Source: Pseudogracilibacillus sp.
Lineage (GTDB): Bacteria; Bacillota; Bacilli; Bacillales; Amphibacillaceae
Assembly: GCA_035303165.1 (NCBI GenBank)
Contig: DATGRY010000117.1
Location: 2,002 to 66,001 of the forward strand
Length of the DNA: 64,000 nt
Direction: 5' to 3'
In this document: piece by piece, positions 9,021 through 20,658 of the stretch
Position numbering within the stretch: the first letter of the stretch is position 1
Layout: each line of letters starts with the position of its first letter
Program-made: the position numbers and the translations under genes
Notes under the pieces: model-generated
What the model was told of the DNA's origin: nothing
Seen by the model: the letters and a program-made list of their open reading frames with translations, nothing else
Database searches by the model: none

Positions 9021-10861
9021 CCACTTTTCCTCCCTTGCTCGTTCATAAGCGGGAGTGTGAAATAGATTGTCGTTCCTTTGCCTACGACACTATCAACCCA
9101 AATTTTCCCGTAATGTGCTTCAACAAGTTCACGAGTAATCGCTAAGCCTAAACCAGTTCCGCCTAATTGGCGAGTTCTCGCTTTATCTATTCGGTAAAAA
9201 CGGTCGAAAACTTTATCGATTTGATCGTATTCAATTCCAATTCCTTCATCGCGAATACTGACGACAATTTGTCGATATTGCTTTTCTAACTTACACGTTA
9301 TTTTCCCACCATCAGGTGAATATTTCACCGCATTTGAGATAATATTATCGAGCACTTGCGTCATCCTATCTTTATCGATGCGTACATTAAATTGTTCTTT
9401 CGGTATTTGTCGTATAAACGTTATTTTCTCATCTTTTACATTCATTTCGAAACGGTCGAGAATCGAATGAAAATACGCTGCAAAATCGACGTTTTCCCGT
9501 TGAAGCATTAATTCTTTACTATCCATTTTTGATAATTGTAACAAGCTGTTTACCATCCGAATCATTCGCTCTGTTTCATTTTGTGTCACTTCAAGAAACT
9601 TCGGAGCAATCATCGGATCTTGCCACGCACCGTCGATTAACGCCTCCGTATAACTTCTAAGCGTCGTTAGCGGTGTTCGTAATTCGTGTGATACGTTCGA
9701 GACGAACTCCCTTCTTTCTTGCTCGACTCGCTCTTCTTCTGTTACGTCACTTAAAACGGCGATATATCCGCTCGCCTCATTTTCACCTTGATGCGGATCG
9801 AAAATAGCCGAAAAATCAACGCGCAGTAAGTAGATCGTATCCCCTTCACTCAAATCTATAATAATCGAATTATCTTTTCGTTTATCAATTAAATGATCGA
9901 TATCTTCTTCGATCGGTAAAACTTGCGCAATGTTTTTACTAATTAAATAGCTCGGGTTTTTATTTAATAACCGACCAGCCGCTTCGTTAATAAGTGTAAT
10001 TTCACCTTTGTTATCGGTAGCGATCACCCCTTCTGTCATATTTTCTAAAACGAGGCTTAGTTTTCGCTGTTCCTTTTCAATCGTTGCCATCGAATGCTTT
10101 AATCGGTCGTTCAAATGATTAAACGTAACCGCAAGCTGGCTAATTTCATCGGTACCGTACACTTTTACTTTTTGTGAAAAATCACCTCGTGCCATCGTTT
10201 GTGCTTGTTGACGCATTTCTAAAATAGGCTTCGTAATGGCACGAGCAACTAAAATACCTAGCGCAACGGAGACGATGAGCGCAATGATCGAACCTTTTAA
10301 AAAGATTTCATTTATTTTTTGTATTTGTCCGTATACACTTTCAAGTGACGACTCTAAATAAATCGCTCCTTGTACTTTTTCCTTTTCATCGAAAATCGGT
10401 GCAACACGGACGTACATTCTTTCGCCTGTCTTACTGTTATAAAACGTATTTTCTTGATGAACTCTAAAATGAAGAGCACGCTGTAATATATCTTCTGTAA
10501 TTTTTTTACCAGTAATATGTTGCTGTAAATAGTCGTTCGTACCGAGTACACGACCCTGGTTATTTACGACATGAATCGTTAATACACCAGACGTATCAAC
10601 TTCTGTTACGATTTGTTGGACATCCTCTTGCAAGGACGGCTCGTTCGCATCGTCCGTTCGCTTTTTGTTAAACGCTTGCTCTAAGTTATATCCTAATAAA
10701 TCCATACGATCGTGAATCGACTCTTTATACGTATCTAACAACTCTTGTTCTAACGCTCGTGATACGTATGAGCCGATTACTTGCACAGCTATAACTAATA
10801 ATAATATATAAATAATAATAAACTTCAATTGAATCGAGCGGAAAAAGTTAACTTTTTTCAT
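9017..10861 (-). CDS. walK: cell-wall homeostasis sensor histidine kinase WalK (YycG)
   Basis: Domain order is TM, extracellular loop, TM, HAMP, PAS. The H-box is FVSNVSHELRTPLT and the ATPase boxes include GGTGLGLAI. Confidence 0.95.
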   Translation of the reverse strand: MKKVNFFRSIQLKFIIIYILLLVIAVQVIGSYVSRALEQELLDTYKESIHDRMDLLGYNLEQAFNKKRTDDANEPSLQEDVQQIVTEVDTSGVLTIHVVNNQGRVLGTNDYLQQHITGKKITEDILQRALHFRVHQENTFYNSKTGERMYVRVAPIFDEKEKVQGAIYLESSLESVYGQIQKINEIFLKGSIIALIVSVALGILVARAITKPILEMRQQAQTMARGDFSQKVKVYGTDEISQLAVTFNHLNDRLKHSMATIEKEQRKLSLVLENMTEGVIATDNKGEITLINEAAGRLLNKNPSYLISKNIAQVLPIEEDIDHLIDKRKDNSIIIDLSEGDTIYLLRVDFSAIFDPHQGENEASGYIAVLSDVTEEERVEQERREFVSNVSHELRTPLTTLRSYTEALIDGAWQDPMIAPKFLEVTQNETERMIRMVNSLLQLSKMDSKELMLQRENVDFAAYFHSILDRFEMNVKDEKITFIRQIPKEQFNVRIDKDRMTQVLDNIISNAVKYSPDGGKITCKLEKQYRQIVVSIRDEGIGIEYDQIDKVFDRFYRIDKARTRQLGGTGLGLAITRELVEAHYGKIWVDSVVGKGTTIYFTLPLMNEQGRKSG

Positions 10862-10868
10862 TCATCGT

Positions 10869-11573
10869 TTACTCCTCGGCCGGGTTTTGTAAATAATAAC
10901 CTACCCCTCGACGTGTTATAATTAACGTTGGATTACTTGGATCTTCTTCAATTTTTTCACGTAATCGTCTCACCGTGACGTCAACTGTGCGTACATCGCC
11001 GAAATAATCATAACCCCAAACTGTTTCTAGCAAATGTTCACGAGTCATCACTTGTCCGATATGACGTGCTAAATAATAAAATAGTTCAAACTCACGATGT
11101 GTTAAATCGACTTCCGAACCATCCTTTGATACACTATATGCTTCCGGATGAATCGTAATATTGCCGACTGTAATTTCTTTTTTCTCTTCCGTAGCATCGG
11201 TGACGACATGTTGTTGACGTCGTAAGTTTGCTTTCACACGTGCAATTAACTCACGATTACTAAACGGTTTCGTCACGTAATCATCTGCTCCTAATTCTAG
11301 TCCAAGTACTTTGTCGATTTCGTCATCCTTTGCGGTCAACATAATGATAGGCATCGTTTTCGTTTTACGAATTTCTTGACATACTTCATTTCCATCTTTT
11401 CCAGGTAACATAATATCGAGTAAAATTAAATCGGGAGATTCAGTTTCTGCAAGCTCGATCGCTTCATGACCATCATGTGCACAAATAACTTCATAACCTT
11501 CTTTTTCTAAATTAAACTTCAATATATCCGCAATCGGTTTTTCATCATCGACAACTAGAATTTTAAAAGCCAT
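10869..11573 (-). CDS. walR: essential OmpR-family response regulator WalR (YycF)
   Basis: The receiver domain reads ILVVDDE...[10 protein letters not shown] and the winged-helix C terminus ends RGVGYYL. It lies upstream of walK. Confidence 0.95.
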   Translation of the reverse strand: MAFKILVVDDEKPIADILKFNLEKEGYEVICAHDGHEAIELAETESPDLILLDIMLPGKDGNEVCQEIRKTKTMPIIMLTAKDDEIDKVLGLELGADDYVTKPFSNRELIARVKANLRRQQHVVTDATEEKKEITVGNITIHPEAYSVSKDGSEVDLTHREFELFYYLARHIGQVMTREHLLETVWGYDYFGDVRTVDVTVRRLREKIEEDPSNPTLIITRRGVGYYLQNPAEE

Positions 11574-11785
11574 GTTTACCCTACTTTCTTTTTAACATTT
11601 ATTAATCAATACTATTCATTTATTTTAACGCATTTTAAATGAATTGTCTTTTCTCTGAAACGGATTGGACGGAATTCGTAACAATTTCGTTTATCTTTTT
11701 TAAGTCCAATTTTAGCGTAGAAATATTTCTTATCCTTATATACATTTCCACTTTTACTGTAACACACTTCTTATACGCTACTATT

Positions 11786-11839
11786 GTAAAAAAACGAAAC
11801 GAATCCTTCCAAGATGAGCTTCATCTGAAAGGATTCGTT
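11786..11839 (-). terminator. intrinsic terminator of purA
   Basis: On the minus strand an 11-bp stem AACGAATCCTT/AAGGATTCGTT is followed by TCGTTTTTTT, 6 nt after the purA stop. Confidence 0.7.
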
Positions 11840-11844
11840 TATTC

Positions 11845-13131
11845 TTATCCATATACACTTCTTACAACATTCGTTTGTGAGCGATCCGGTCCGACAGAAA
11901 ATATGGAAATTGGTATTTCTGTAAGTTGGGATACTCGCTCTAAATAATGACGTGCGTTTTCTGGTAGTTCGTGTAAACTCCTTACCCCAGTTATATCTTC
12001 TGTCCAGCCTGGTAGTTCTTCATAAATGGGTTCGCATTTCGCTAACGTATTTAAATTCGCTGGGAACTCTTTAATCAAGTTTCCGTTATATTTATATGCT
12101 ACACAAATTTTTAGCGTCTCAATTCCTGTTAGTACGTCTAAAGAGTTAAGGGATAAGTCAGTAATGCCACTTACACGACGTGCATGACGTACGACAACAC
12201 TATCGAACCAGCCTACTCGACGCGGTCTTCCTGTCGTCGTCCCATATTCACGACCAACTTCGCGAATTTGATCACCAATCTTATCCGTTAATTCTGTTAA
12301 GAAAGGTCCATCTCCGACACGTGTCGTATACGCTTTGGCAACTCCTAAAACTGTATTTATTTTCGACGGTCCTACACCTGAACCGATCGTTACCCCGCCA
12401 GCTACTGGGTTTGAAGAAGTTACGAACGGATACGTTCCTTGGTCTATGTCCAACATGACACCTTGTGCTCCTTCAAATAACACACGACGCCCCTCATCTA
12501 ACGCATCGTTTAGTACGACAGATGTGTCACATACGTATTGCGCCATTTCCTGGCCATATTCGTAATATTCATCTAATATATCGTCTATTTTGAATGGTTC
12601 TACTTCATATACTTTTTCTAATAAACGGTTTTTATCTTTTAAGTTTTGTTTCAATTTTTCCGTAAATACTTCTTTATCTAACAAATCAGCAATTCGAATA
12701 CCGACTCGCGCAGCTTTATCCATATACGCTGGTCCAATTCCTTTTCCAGTCGTTCCGATTTTGTTCGTTCCTTTTTCTTCTTCTTGTAATTGATCTAATT
12801 TAATATGGTACGGTAAAATAACGTGTGCACGGTTACTAACGCGTAAATTTTCCGTAGAAATACCTTTTTCATGTAAATACTTTAATTCTTCTACAAACGC
12901 TTTTGGATCGATGACCATTCCATTACCTAACACACATACTTTTTCCGGAAAGAAAATACCCGATGGGATTAAATGTAGTTTATACGTAACGTCGTCAAAA
13001 ACGATCGTATGTCCTGCGTTGTTACCACCTTGATAACGTGCAACTACTTCCGCATTTTGTGCTAAAAAGTCGGATATTTTTCCTTTTCCTTCGTCACCCC
13101 ATTGTGTACCTACGACAACTACTGAGGACAT
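11845..13131 (-). CDS. purA: adenylosuccinate synthetase
   Basis: The N terminus [18 protein letters not shown] is preceded by RBS GGAGGTG. The ORF-track start at 13266 adds 45 non-homologous residues, so it was trimmed. Confidence 0.95.
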   Translation of the reverse strand: MSSVVVVGTQWGDEGKGKISDFLAQNAEVVARYQGGNNAGHTIVFDDVTYKLHLIPSGIFFPEKVCVLGNGMVIDPKAFVEELKYLHEKGISTENLRVSNRAHVILPYHIKLDQLQEEEKGTNKIGTTGKGIGPAYMDKAARVGIRIADLLDKEVFTEKLKQNLKDKNRLLEKVYEVEPFKIDDILDEYYEYGQEMAQYVCDTSVVLNDALDEGRRVLFEGAQGVMLDIDQGTYPFVTSSNPVAGGVTIGSGVGPSKINTVLGVAKAYTTRVGDGPFLTELTDKIGDQIREVGREYGTTTGRPRRVGWFDSVVVRHARRVSGITDLSLNSLDVLTGIETLKICVAYKYNGNLIKEFPANLNTLAKCEPIYEELPGWTEDITGVRSLHELPENARHYLERVSQLTEIPISIFSVGPDRSQTNVVRSVYG

Positions 13132-13214
13132 CGCGCACCTCCGAATGATTAATGTAAAAACTTTTCCTAACTTTCCAACAGTAAGTGTACCAATTGTACC
13201 GGCTCTCGTCAACT

Positions 13215-13260
13215 TTAAACCGAACATTTTGAATAAACATATTGTTAACGTTCGGGTTTT
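13215..13260. promoter_or_regulatory. inverted PurBox pair (putative PurR operator) upstream of purA
   Basis: AAACCGAACATTT at 13215-13229 and its inverted partner AACGTTCGGGTTT at 13247-13260 match the PurBox core CCGAAC. They lie upstream of a TTGACG-17-TACACT promoter-like element on the minus strand. Confidence 0.55.
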
Positions 13261-13265
13261 ACTCA

Positions 13266-14621
13266 TTACGCCATTTGAGGTGGTGGGATCTCACTCTCTT
13301 TATATCGAAAGTCTAAGTCGACGAATTTGTTATATTCTTTTACGAATGCTAACTCGACTGTTCCCGTCGGACCGTTACGCTGTTTCGATATAATGATTTC
13401 GATATTTTGTTCCTCAACTTCTTGATTGTAGTAATCATCACGATATAAAAACCCTACAATGTCTGCATCTTGCTCGATACTACCTGACTCACGTAAATCT
13501 GACATCATCGGTCGTTTATCTTGACGCGACTCCACACTACGGGACAATTGTGATAGCGCAATTAATGGCACTTCTAATTCCCTAGCTAAACTTTTTAACG
13601 ATCGGGATATTTCCGACACTTCTTGCTGACGATTTTCTTTCGCATTTTCACTACCTTGAATTAATTGCAAGTAATCGATAATAATCATTCCAAGACCATG
13701 CTCTTGTGCAAGGCGACGACACTTTGCGCGAATATCAGCTACGCGCACACTCGGTGAATCGTCGATAAAAATACCCGCATGCGATAAACTCCCCATCGCC
13801 ATCGTTAGTTTACCCCAATCTTCTTGTTCTAAATTACCTGTTCGTAATCGTTGGGAATCAATGTTTCCCTCCGCACAGAGCATTCGTTGTACAAGTTGTT
13901 CCGCTCCCATTTCTAAACTGAAAATAGCGACATTATGATCCGAGTTAATGGCGACATTTTGTGCGATATTTAATGCAAATGCTGTTTTCCCCATTGATGG
14001 ACGCGCTGCAATAATAATTAAATCGTTTTTTTGAAAACCAGATGTAATCCGATCGAGATCACGGTATCCCGTCGGTACACCGGTCACTTCTCCTTGCGCT
14101 TGATGCAACTGTTCAATGTTTTCATATACGTCGATTAACACATCTTTAATCGATTTGAACATCGTCGTATTTTTTTTATTGGCAACTTCTAAAATATTCC
14201 GTTCCGCTTCATCAAGTAATTCCTCCACGTTGTCTTCGCGATTAAACGACTGCGTGACGATATCTGTCGCCGTTTGGATCAGTCGCCGTAACAATGCCTT
14301 TTCCTCGACAATTTTACTATAGTAGTCGATATTTGCAGCGGTCGGAACGCTACTTGCAAGGTCCGTAATGTATGGCACACCACCAGCGACATCTAATTTA
14401 TTTACATTTTGTAAATACGTCGTCACTGTGACGATATCGATCGGTTCACCGTTTTCTGCTAAATGAAACATCGCTTCAAAAATAGCTTCATGATTAGCGC
14501 GATAAAAATCAGATGCGTGCAATCTTTCCGCTGCCGTTGAAAATACTTCCGGATCTAGAAAAATTGCCCCTAAGACTGCTTGTTCTGCTTCAATATTATG
14601 AGGAGGTACTCGATTATTCAC
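13266..14621 (-). CDS. dnaC: replicative DNA helicase (DnaB family; DnaC in B. subtilis nomenclature)
   Basis: The N terminus is [15 protein letters not shown] and the Walker A is [10 protein letters not shown]. The RecA-like C-terminal domain is present. Confidence 0.95.
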   Translation of the reverse strand: MNNRVPPHNIEAEQAVLGAIFLDPEVFSTAAERLHASDFYRANHEAIFEAMFHLAENGEPIDIVTVTTYLQNVNKLDVAGGVPYITDLASSVPTAANIDYYSKIVEEKALLRRLIQTATDIVTQSFNREDNVEELLDEAERNILEVANKKNTTMFKSIKDVLIDVYENIEQLHQAQGEVTGVPTGYRDLDRITSGFQKNDLIIIAARPSMGKTAFALNIAQNVAINSDHNVAIFSLEMGAEQLVQRMLCAEGNIDSQRLRTGNLEQEDWGKLTMAMGSLSHAGIFIDDSPSVRVADIRAKCRRLAQEHGLGMIIIDYLQLIQGSENAKENRQQEVSEISRSLKSLARELEVPLIALSQLSRSVESRQDKRPMMSDLRESGSIEQDADIVGFLYRDDYYNQEVEEQNIEIIISKQRNGPTGTVELAFVKEYNKFVDLDFRYKESEIPPPQMA

Positions 14622-14678
14622 GTTACTTCATTCCTTTACAATCTATCTAAAAACTTCAATTTCTTCCGCTTAAAACGA

Positions 14679-15125
14679 TTATTCTTCTTTTACTTCCACG
14701 CGAATTTGTCCTGTTACTTCTTGATGTAGTTTTACATCCACTTGACGATGCCCTAACGAACGAATCGGTTCTTTTAAGTCAATTTTACGGCGATCAATTT
14801 TTATATTGAACTGTTTCTGCAATGCATCCGCAATTTGTTTATTCGTAATAGAGCCGAATAAGCGACCACCATCACCTGAACGTGCTTTTAATGTGACTGT
14901 AATCGATTGAAGTTTTTCCTTTAATTGTACTGCTTCACTTCTTTCTGCTTCTCTTTCTTCTTTTTTCTTTTGTTGTTGTGCTTTTAATTTTCGCAAATTA
15001 CCGGGAGTTGCTTCTTCCGCTAAGTTATTTTTAAATAAATAGTTCGTCGCATAGCCGACTGGAACTTTTTTCACTTCACCTTTTTTCCCTTGGCCTTTTA
15101 CATCTTTTAAAAAAATAACTTTCAT
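14679..15125 (-). CDS. rplI: 50S ribosomal protein L9
   Basis: The N terminus is [19 protein letters not shown], the length is 148 aa, and it sits between gdpP and the helicase. Confidence 0.95.
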   Translation of the reverse strand: MKVIFLKDVKGQGKKGEVKKVPVGYATNYLFKNNLAEEATPGNLRKLKAQQQKKKEEREAERSEAVQLKEKLQSITVTLKARSGDGGRLFGSITNKQIADALQKQFNIKIDRRKIDLKEPIRSLGHRQVDVKLHQEVTGQIRVEVKEE

Positions 15126-15126
15126 G

Positions 15127-17097
15127 TTACATTCTCCCCTCTATATATTGTGTAATTTTATCTAATAACATTGCTTCCGCTTCTTCCAAAGAAATAGATT
15201 GTAATTGGGTAGCAGCATTCGTTAAATGTCCCCCGCCCCCGAGTGATTCCATAATGATTTGAACATTTATATCACCTAACGAACGCGCACTGATAGCGAT
15301 CATATCGTCGCTAGTATGGGCAATAACGAAAGAAGCCTTTACGTTATCGACCGTCAACAATTTATCTGCTGCTTGTGCTATGATGACTGTCTCATAAAGC
15401 TCATCCTTCGCAACAACAACAGCTAATGAATCATGAACGATCTCTGCTCGGTCGATCAGCTCATTTCGTTTGACGATCGACTCTAAATCTTCTTTTAAAA
15501 AGTGTTGTATTAACACTGGATCTGCACCTTTAGAGCGTAAGTACGATGCTGCATCAAACGTACGCGAACCGGTTCGTAACGTAAAACTTTTCGTATCGAC
15601 GATAATTCCAGCTAAAAGTGCTGTTGCCTCTAACGGATTAAGAGATGTTTTTTTCGGCTGATATTCAATTAACTCCGTAACGAGCTCCGATGTCGATGAA
15701 GCATATGGTTCCATATAAACGAGTGTCGGGTTTTCAATAAACTCCTCTCCACGACGGTGATGGTCGATGACGACGACATGTTCCGCTTGATGAATTAAAT
15801 TTTCATAGGCTACGAGTGACGGGCGGTGCGTATCGACGACGACGACGAGGCTACGATCTGTATAAATCGCATTTGCTTCTTCACGACCGATAAAATGTTT
15901 CCACAATGTTTCATCTTGTTTCACCTTTTCAATAACACGTTGTACACTCGTTGTCACATCATCTTCTTCAAATAAAATATAGCCTGCTACATCGTTGGAA
16001 CGAGCGATATTTAACACTCCAAGTGTTGCACCGAGCGAATCTAAATCAGGTCCCTTATGTCCCATAATGATGACATTATCGCTATCTTCTACGAGATTTC
16101 GTAACGCATGGGAGATAACCCGCGCGCGGACTCGTGTCCGTTTTTCCATCGGGTTTGTCTTCCCGCCGTAAAAACGCACTTTCCCTTCTTCATCTCGGAT
16201 CGTTATTTGGTCACCCCCGCGCCCTAGCGCTAAATCGAGTCCTGACTCGGCAAGCTCAGCTAACTCGGGGATTGAAACGTTGCCTGTGCCGATTCCGATA
16301 CTTAATGTAACCGGATTACGTAACGGCTCGTCTTCTATTTGTGTCTCACGAATCTCATCTAAAATTGCAAACCGTGTTTTCTCTAATTCATGTAAAATTT
16401 TTTTTGTCATAATTGCAATGAAACGATCTTGTGACGTACGCTTTATATAAAGGTTAAACGTATTGGCCCATTTATTTAATTTCGAAGTAACTTCCGAGTT
16501 TAACTTCGTCTTCACATTATCGACCATGTTGCGCGATATTTCTTCATAGTTATCTAAATAGATAACTGCTAAAACGAGTTCGCGATCGTGCAACTGCTGC
16601 TCTAATAACTTTTCTTTCGTACGATCGTACATGAAAAGGATCCGATGCTTTGTCTCTAACGTCACATCGTAACGACTTTCCCCAACTATAATGGACGTTT
16701 TTTCCTCATTATTTTCAATCGCTTGTACGAGTTGTTCACTCATATGAGAAAGTGATAGCATTGACGTTGATTTATTTTCCAACAACGTTTTCGCATATGG
16801 ATTCATCCATTCTACATCGAACATTTCATTGTAAACAATGATTGCAAGCGGTGCATGATGAAAAACTTCTTCTCCTGCTTTATCGACACGATAAGACAGA
16901 TTAGAAACATATTCTAACTGTTGCTGTTGTATTTCTTTTTCTTCTTTCAGTTCGTAAAATAAAACGACCGTTAGTAGAAAGAAGAGGAACGTACCAATAA
17001 TCCATTGATAATAGAATAAGATAAAAACAGCTAAATATGCGAATATGTAACTAATCCATACTTTTTTACTTTGGACGATACGTTTATAACGTTCCAA
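15127..17097 (-). CDS. gdpP: cyclic-di-AMP phosphodiesterase GdpP (YybT)
   Basis: It has two N-terminal TM helices, PAS-like and degenerate GGDEF regions, a DHH domain (DHH in VVIDHHRR) and DHHA1 (GGGGH). TTG start. Confidence 0.9.
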   Translation of the reverse strand: MERYKRIVQSKKVWISYIFAYLAVFILFYYQWIIGTFLFFLLTVVLFYELKEEKEIQQQQLEYVSNLSYRVDKAGEEVFHHAPLAIIVYNEMFDVEWMNPYAKTLLENKSTSMLSLSHMSEQLVQAIENNEEKTSIIVGESRYDVTLETKHRILFMYDRTKEKLLEQQLHDRELVLAVIYLDNYEEISRNMVDNVKTKLNSEVTSKLNKWANTFNLYIKRTSQDRFIAIMTKKILHELEKTRFAILDEIRETQIEDEPLRNPVTLSIGIGTGNVSIPELAELAESGLDLALGRGGDQITIRDEEGKVRFYGGKTNPMEKRTRVRARVISHALRNLVEDSDNVIIMGHKGPDLDSLGATLGVLNIARSNDVAGYILFEEDDVTTSVQRVIEKVKQDETLWKHFIGREEANAIYTDRSLVVVVDTHRPSLVAYENLIHQAEHVVVIDHHRRGEEFIENPTLVYMEPYASSTSELVTELIEYQPKKTSLNPLEATALLAGIIVDTKSFTLRTGSRTFDAASYLRSKGADPVLIQHFLKEDLESIVKRNELIDRAEIVHDSLAVVVAKDELYETVIIAQAADKLLTVDNVKASFVIAHTSDDMIAISARSLGDINVQIIMESLGGGGHLTNAATQLQSISLEEAEAMLLDKITQYIEGRM

Positions 17098-17128
17098 TCT
17101 GTTTCATCTCCTAAACGTATACGTGTCC

Positions 17129-18079
17129 TTATGACACGCCTCCATTTGCTAGACGCTTTTTCAATGAAAATCCTAAGTCAATTATACCAATAATCCGCAC
17201 GAACGTCAGAAATACAAATGGGAAAAGTATTGTTAAAACTATGATAACGATCGGTATAGCAACTGGAATGTTTTTTATATAACTGAAGAAAAATAAAAAA
17301 GAAAAACCTTGTAATGCTAGCAACATGGCAGTCAATGTTAATACATTGAGTAAAACAATTGCTAATTCGCTCTCTTGATTCGTCTCGAAAAGTGAAGCGA
17401 TGATCGCAATAAAATAAATCCATAAAACTGCGATCGGCAAGTTAAACTGGCGAAAGAATGGAAAAGAAAATTGTTCCTTATACAAACGATTCGTAATTTT
17501 ATAACTGAGCCATTGGCTAACGAATGCAATAAGAATACTAACTAAGGCGATACTCGATGGAATTAAATTTTTAAAGCTTTGCAATTGTCCCTCGATCATT
17601 TCCATCTGTTCGTTACTCGCGCCTTGCAAACCGAATTCGTGCATCATCATTTGCACCGTTTCAAATGACTCCTCCATTACGACATCGACTTCATGGAAAA
17701 TATTAATATTTAAAACGAAAAACAACAGTGAAATAACGATAATGAAACCGATAATAAATCCTAGAGCCCCACGAGCCCACGTCTCATATGCTTTTACCCG
17801 ATTATGCATCGAATAACCGATAACAATTCCACCTATTCCAACAAATAACGTTATCGGAAGCGAAGCGATTGTCGCTACGATACCCGATATAATAAAAACT
17901 GCAACAAACATAAGTAAAGCACTTTTCCAGCTATGTTTATATGTATACATAATGAATGGTATCGGTAACAGGAAAATACCTATCATAATAAAAAATGGGA
18001 CAAAAAGCGTCAACAACAAAAGTATGATATAAACAGCTGTAAGTAATGCTCCTTCCGTTAACCGCTTCGAATCCGTCAT
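17129..18079 (-). CDS. yybS: polytopic membrane protein YybS
   Basis: It is a multi-TM protein immediately upstream of gdpP. The start was set at MTDSKR after RBS AGAGGTGG, because the ORF-track GTG lies inside the RBS. Confidence 0.8.
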   Translation of the reverse strand: MTDSKRLTEGALLTAVYIILLLLTLFVPFFIMIGIFLLPIPFIMYTYKHSWKSALLMFVAVFIISGIVATIASLPITLFVGIGGIVIGYSMHNRVKAYETWARGALGFIIGFIIVISLLFFVLNINIFHEVDVVMEESFETVQMMMHEFGLQGASNEQMEMIEGQLQSFKNLIPSSIALVSILIAFVSQWLSYKITNRLYKEQFSFPFFRQFNLPIAVLWIYFIAIIASLFETNQESELAIVLLNVLTLTAMLLALQGFSFLFFFSYIKNIPVAIPIVIIVLTILFPFVFLTFVRIIGIIDLGFSLKKRLANGGVS

Positions 18080-18179
18080 CTTGCCCACCTCTTTACATAT
18101 AATCTTACCCTTCCATCATAACAAATTTACGTATAAATTGGTTACTAGACGTTCCTTTCTTTTTTACTGTATGGAAACG

Positions 18180-18209
18180 TTGAAACATGATATAGTTAAT
18201 GCGTATAAT
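18180..18209 (+). promoter_or_regulatory. sigma-A-type promoter for the divergent membrane-protein gene
   Basis: TTGAAA, an 18-nt spacer, then TATAAT. The predicted TSS lies downstream of the ORF-track start, which supports the ATG at 18235. Confidence 0.5.
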
Positions 18210-18234
18210 GACAAAAATAAAGGATCGAATCGTA

Positions 18235-18735
18235 ATGAAACAGTTTTTACATATTTTCAACTCTAGCTTTTTATTACCACGCAAACAAACTGTATTCGCT
18301 TTAAACCGTATCCGTATGGACATAACTGTTTTTTACTTATTTATCATTCTAGCAGTTGCATCAATTCCTGCTTTAATTAAACAAACATTTATTGACCCGA
18401 TCACGAACGTACAAATACATGGCTTTTTCCTTTTCATTTACTTTTTCATCATTTATTATCTCATACTCATAATAGTTGTCTTTTGCACCATTTCCGTCAT
18501 TGCTTATATCGCAAAATGGCTCGCATATTTATTAAAAAGAAAATTGCATTACGCCATTCTATGGAAAATGACTGCATTTGCGACGACTATACCAACCGTT
18601 CTATTCACATTATTATCTATCTTCTTTACGTTATCGAACATTTTTATCGTGTTTGCTTTCATCTATGTTTTCGTCATGCTTATATGTATTATTACAATTT
18701 ACCCTCAACGTAAGCCTAAGACTATAACACGTTAA
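18235..18735 (+). CDS. small polytopic membrane protein (possibly DUF1189-like)
   Basis: It has four to five hydrophobic helices. The N-terminal pattern MKQFLHIFNSSFLLPRKQTVF resembles DUF1189 N termini as I recall them, and the ORF is shorter than typical family members. Confidence 0.45.
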   Translation: MKQFLHIFNSSFLLPRKQTVFALNRIRMDITVFYLFIILAVASIPALIKQTFIDPITNVQIHGFFLFIYFFIIYYLILIIVVFCTISVIAYIAKWLAYLLKRKLHYAILWKMTAFATTIPTVLFTLLSIFFTLSNIFIVFAFIYVFVMLICIITIYPQRKPKTITR

Positions 18736-18758
18736 GGAACCTCTTCATCGTTTTCACG

Positions 18759-18805
18759 ACAAAAAAATTCCTTTTCAAACTCGTTACAAGTATGAAAAGG
18801 AATTT
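18759..18805 (-). terminator. intrinsic terminator of rpsR
   Basis: On the minus strand a 13-bp perfect stem AAATTCCTTTTCA/TGAAAAGGAATTT is followed by TTTTTTT. Confidence 0.75.
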
Positions 18806-18811
18806 GCTTAT

Positions 18812-19036
18812 TTATTCGTTCACAAATGGTAATAAAGCCATTGCACGTGCACGTTTAATTGCTTTCGTTAATTTACGCTGGTATTTTGCTGATGTTCCTG
18901 TTACACGACGTGGTAAAATCTTTCCACGTTCAGATACAAACTTTTTTAATAGATCTACATCTTTATAGTCGATATGAGTTATTCCATTCGCTGTGAAATA
19001 ACATACTTTTCGACGTCTTGGACGTCCGCGTCTCAT
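18812..19036 (-). CDS. rpsR: 30S ribosomal protein S18
   Basis: The motif [37 protein letters not shown] is present. The start was set at the ATG 6-7 nt after RBS GAAGGAGTG, because the ORF-track GTG overlaps the RBS. Confidence 0.93.
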   Translation of the reverse strand: MRRGRPRRRKVCYFTANGITHIDYKDVDLLKKFVSERGKILPRRVTGTSAKYQRKLTKAIKRARAMALLPFVNE

Positions 19037-19137
19037 CGCTTTCACTCCTTCATCGCTTCGTTCGTTTCAAGTTTTATATTTATATTTCTTCTTTTTTCTA
19101 TTGCGTGTGTGTAATGTGTGTTTTATGTGCAAAGTTA

Positions 19138-19166
19138 ATCATATTAAAATTACGTACATTTGTCAA
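19138..19166 (-). promoter_or_regulatory. predicted stand-alone sigma-A promoter for rpsR
   Basis: On the minus strand: TTGACA (19166-19161), a 17-nt spacer, then TATGAT (19143-19138), about 95 nt upstream of the rpsR start. Confidence 0.55.
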
Positions 19167-19353
19167 TCTTTTTCTTTTACGAAAAGAACATCATACTGCT
19201 CTTTTTTAAATGGTTTTATCCATTCCTACTTTATATATATATTTTACAGTATATTTACTTAACTATTTTCATAATTGTGCGATGTACATGGTAAATACAT
19301 TTTTTACCATTAATCGCGCAATTATGCCTATATTTAGGGGGGAGACATGTGAC

Positions 19354-20204
19354 ATGTTTACATTTAAAAGAGCGAATCATGAAGCATCGATCATAAAGGA
19401 AAAAGACGAACATTTAAAACGATTACTCGATGTCATGACAAATGTTTTCGTCGATACAAACCAAATCGTTTCATCTAACAAAGAAGCATCCGCACAATTA
19501 GAACTGTACGCTGACGATCAAGCAGAAGCGATGGAAGATTTAATTTCTTTCATTAAAGACTTTACGAAAGGTACTGAACAAATAACGCTTTCCGTTTCCG
19601 AATTAAGTAATATTATTGTAAGCGCTGTAAAAACAGGTAAACAATTAACAGGACAAACAGAACAAATGGATACAGTTTTTGAAGAAGGGAGGCAATCTAT
19701 CCAACTAATTAATGATTCTGTTGCGAGCGTCATTCAGTCATTTTCTGCATTTTCCACTGTGATGGAAGAAGTGAATAAGTCGACAAGTGAGATTCAAAAA
19801 TAATCGGTGTCATTAAAGATATTGCGGATCAAACGAATTTATTAGCATTAAATGCTTCGATTGAGGCTGCCCGAGCTGCAGAGTACGGATATTTCTTCTA
19901 TGAACATAACGTCGAAAGTGTATTTGAATTCGTCTCTAATTCCGTCCAACAAGTTCTCAGCTATACACCTGATGAGTTTTTACAAAATGTTGAAGTCTAC
20001 TTAACAGATAACGAAATAAATGAACGTGGTATGCACCATACTGAATTGTCGATTCAAGGGATTCAACAGCCGACTTACCCTTTAGAATTACAGAGGAAAG
20101 ATGGCTCTACATGTATGACCCAAGTGACCGAATTTTCTGAATTTGATGAACGAAATAACGTAACGAGCGTTAAAGGACTCGTGAAAGTACTGGACGTATC
20201 TTAA
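19354..20204 (+). pseudogene. frameshifted mosaic gene: N-terminal half of a soluble methyl-accepting chemotaxis signalling domain joined to a PAS-like domain
   Basis: Frame 1 (19354-19800, RBS AGGGGGGAG) stops at TAA 19801. The next frame continues from 19803 as [30 protein letters not shown] (the MCP hairpin-tip motif), then [31 protein letters not shown]...RKDGS (PAS-like) to the stop at 20202-20204. The shift lies in the run CAAAAATAA. Confidence 0.7.
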
Positions 20205-20309
20205 ACTCATTTACGACGTTTTTTCAAGACAAAAAAGCGATGTAGCGAACATGTTTATATAAGTTACCTTTTTATCACTTACTTTATTTTGTTAATATTT
20301 ATCATGTAA

Positions 20310-20368
20310 ACTACAATAATAGTCGCTAGAGAACATTTTCCTTGCGTGCTATTACTGTAGTTTTTTTG
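20310..20368 (+). terminator. intrinsic terminator after the mosaic gene
   Basis: A 13-bp stem ACTACAATAATAG/CTATTACTGTAGT (1 mismatch) with a large loop is followed by TTTTTTT. Confidence 0.5.
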
Positions 20369-20480
20369 TTGAAAACTTATCCACTAACTACGATCACGGT
20401 TAACGTTCATTTATTCCATTTCAAGCTAGTTAAAATAATGTTCTATTTTTTTTATAGTTAGCTTAAGCACTTTTTTACCG

Positions 20481-20540
20481 TTAAAAAACACCTTTAAATG
20501 AAAGGCAAACATACAGTTTCTCCACTTCATTTAAAGGTGT
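20481..20540 (-). terminator. intrinsic terminator downstream of ssb
   Basis: On the minus strand a 15-bp perfect stem ACACCTTTAAATGAA/TTCATTTAAAGGTGT is followed by TTTTTTAA, about 120 nt after the ssb stop. Confidence 0.7.
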
Positions 20541-20658
20541 ATATGCACATATTTTACACACTTACACATTCCGTTCCGTACAATATAACAATTGTACGTC
20601 AATTACACATATATAAGATGATCCGATCATCATCTAATAATCTATATGAAATTGTCCA

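Noticed and set aside
11639-11947. A 102-aa plus-strand ORF in the walR-purA spacer.
   Set aside because: It overlaps the purA terminator and the purA 3' end. It has no RBS and no recognisable domain.
13132-13266. The 45-residue N-terminal extension of the purA ORF in the ORF track.
   Set aside because: The conserved PurA N terminus ([18 protein letters not shown]) starts at 13131 with its own GGAGGTG RBS. The extension covers the PurBox and promoter region.
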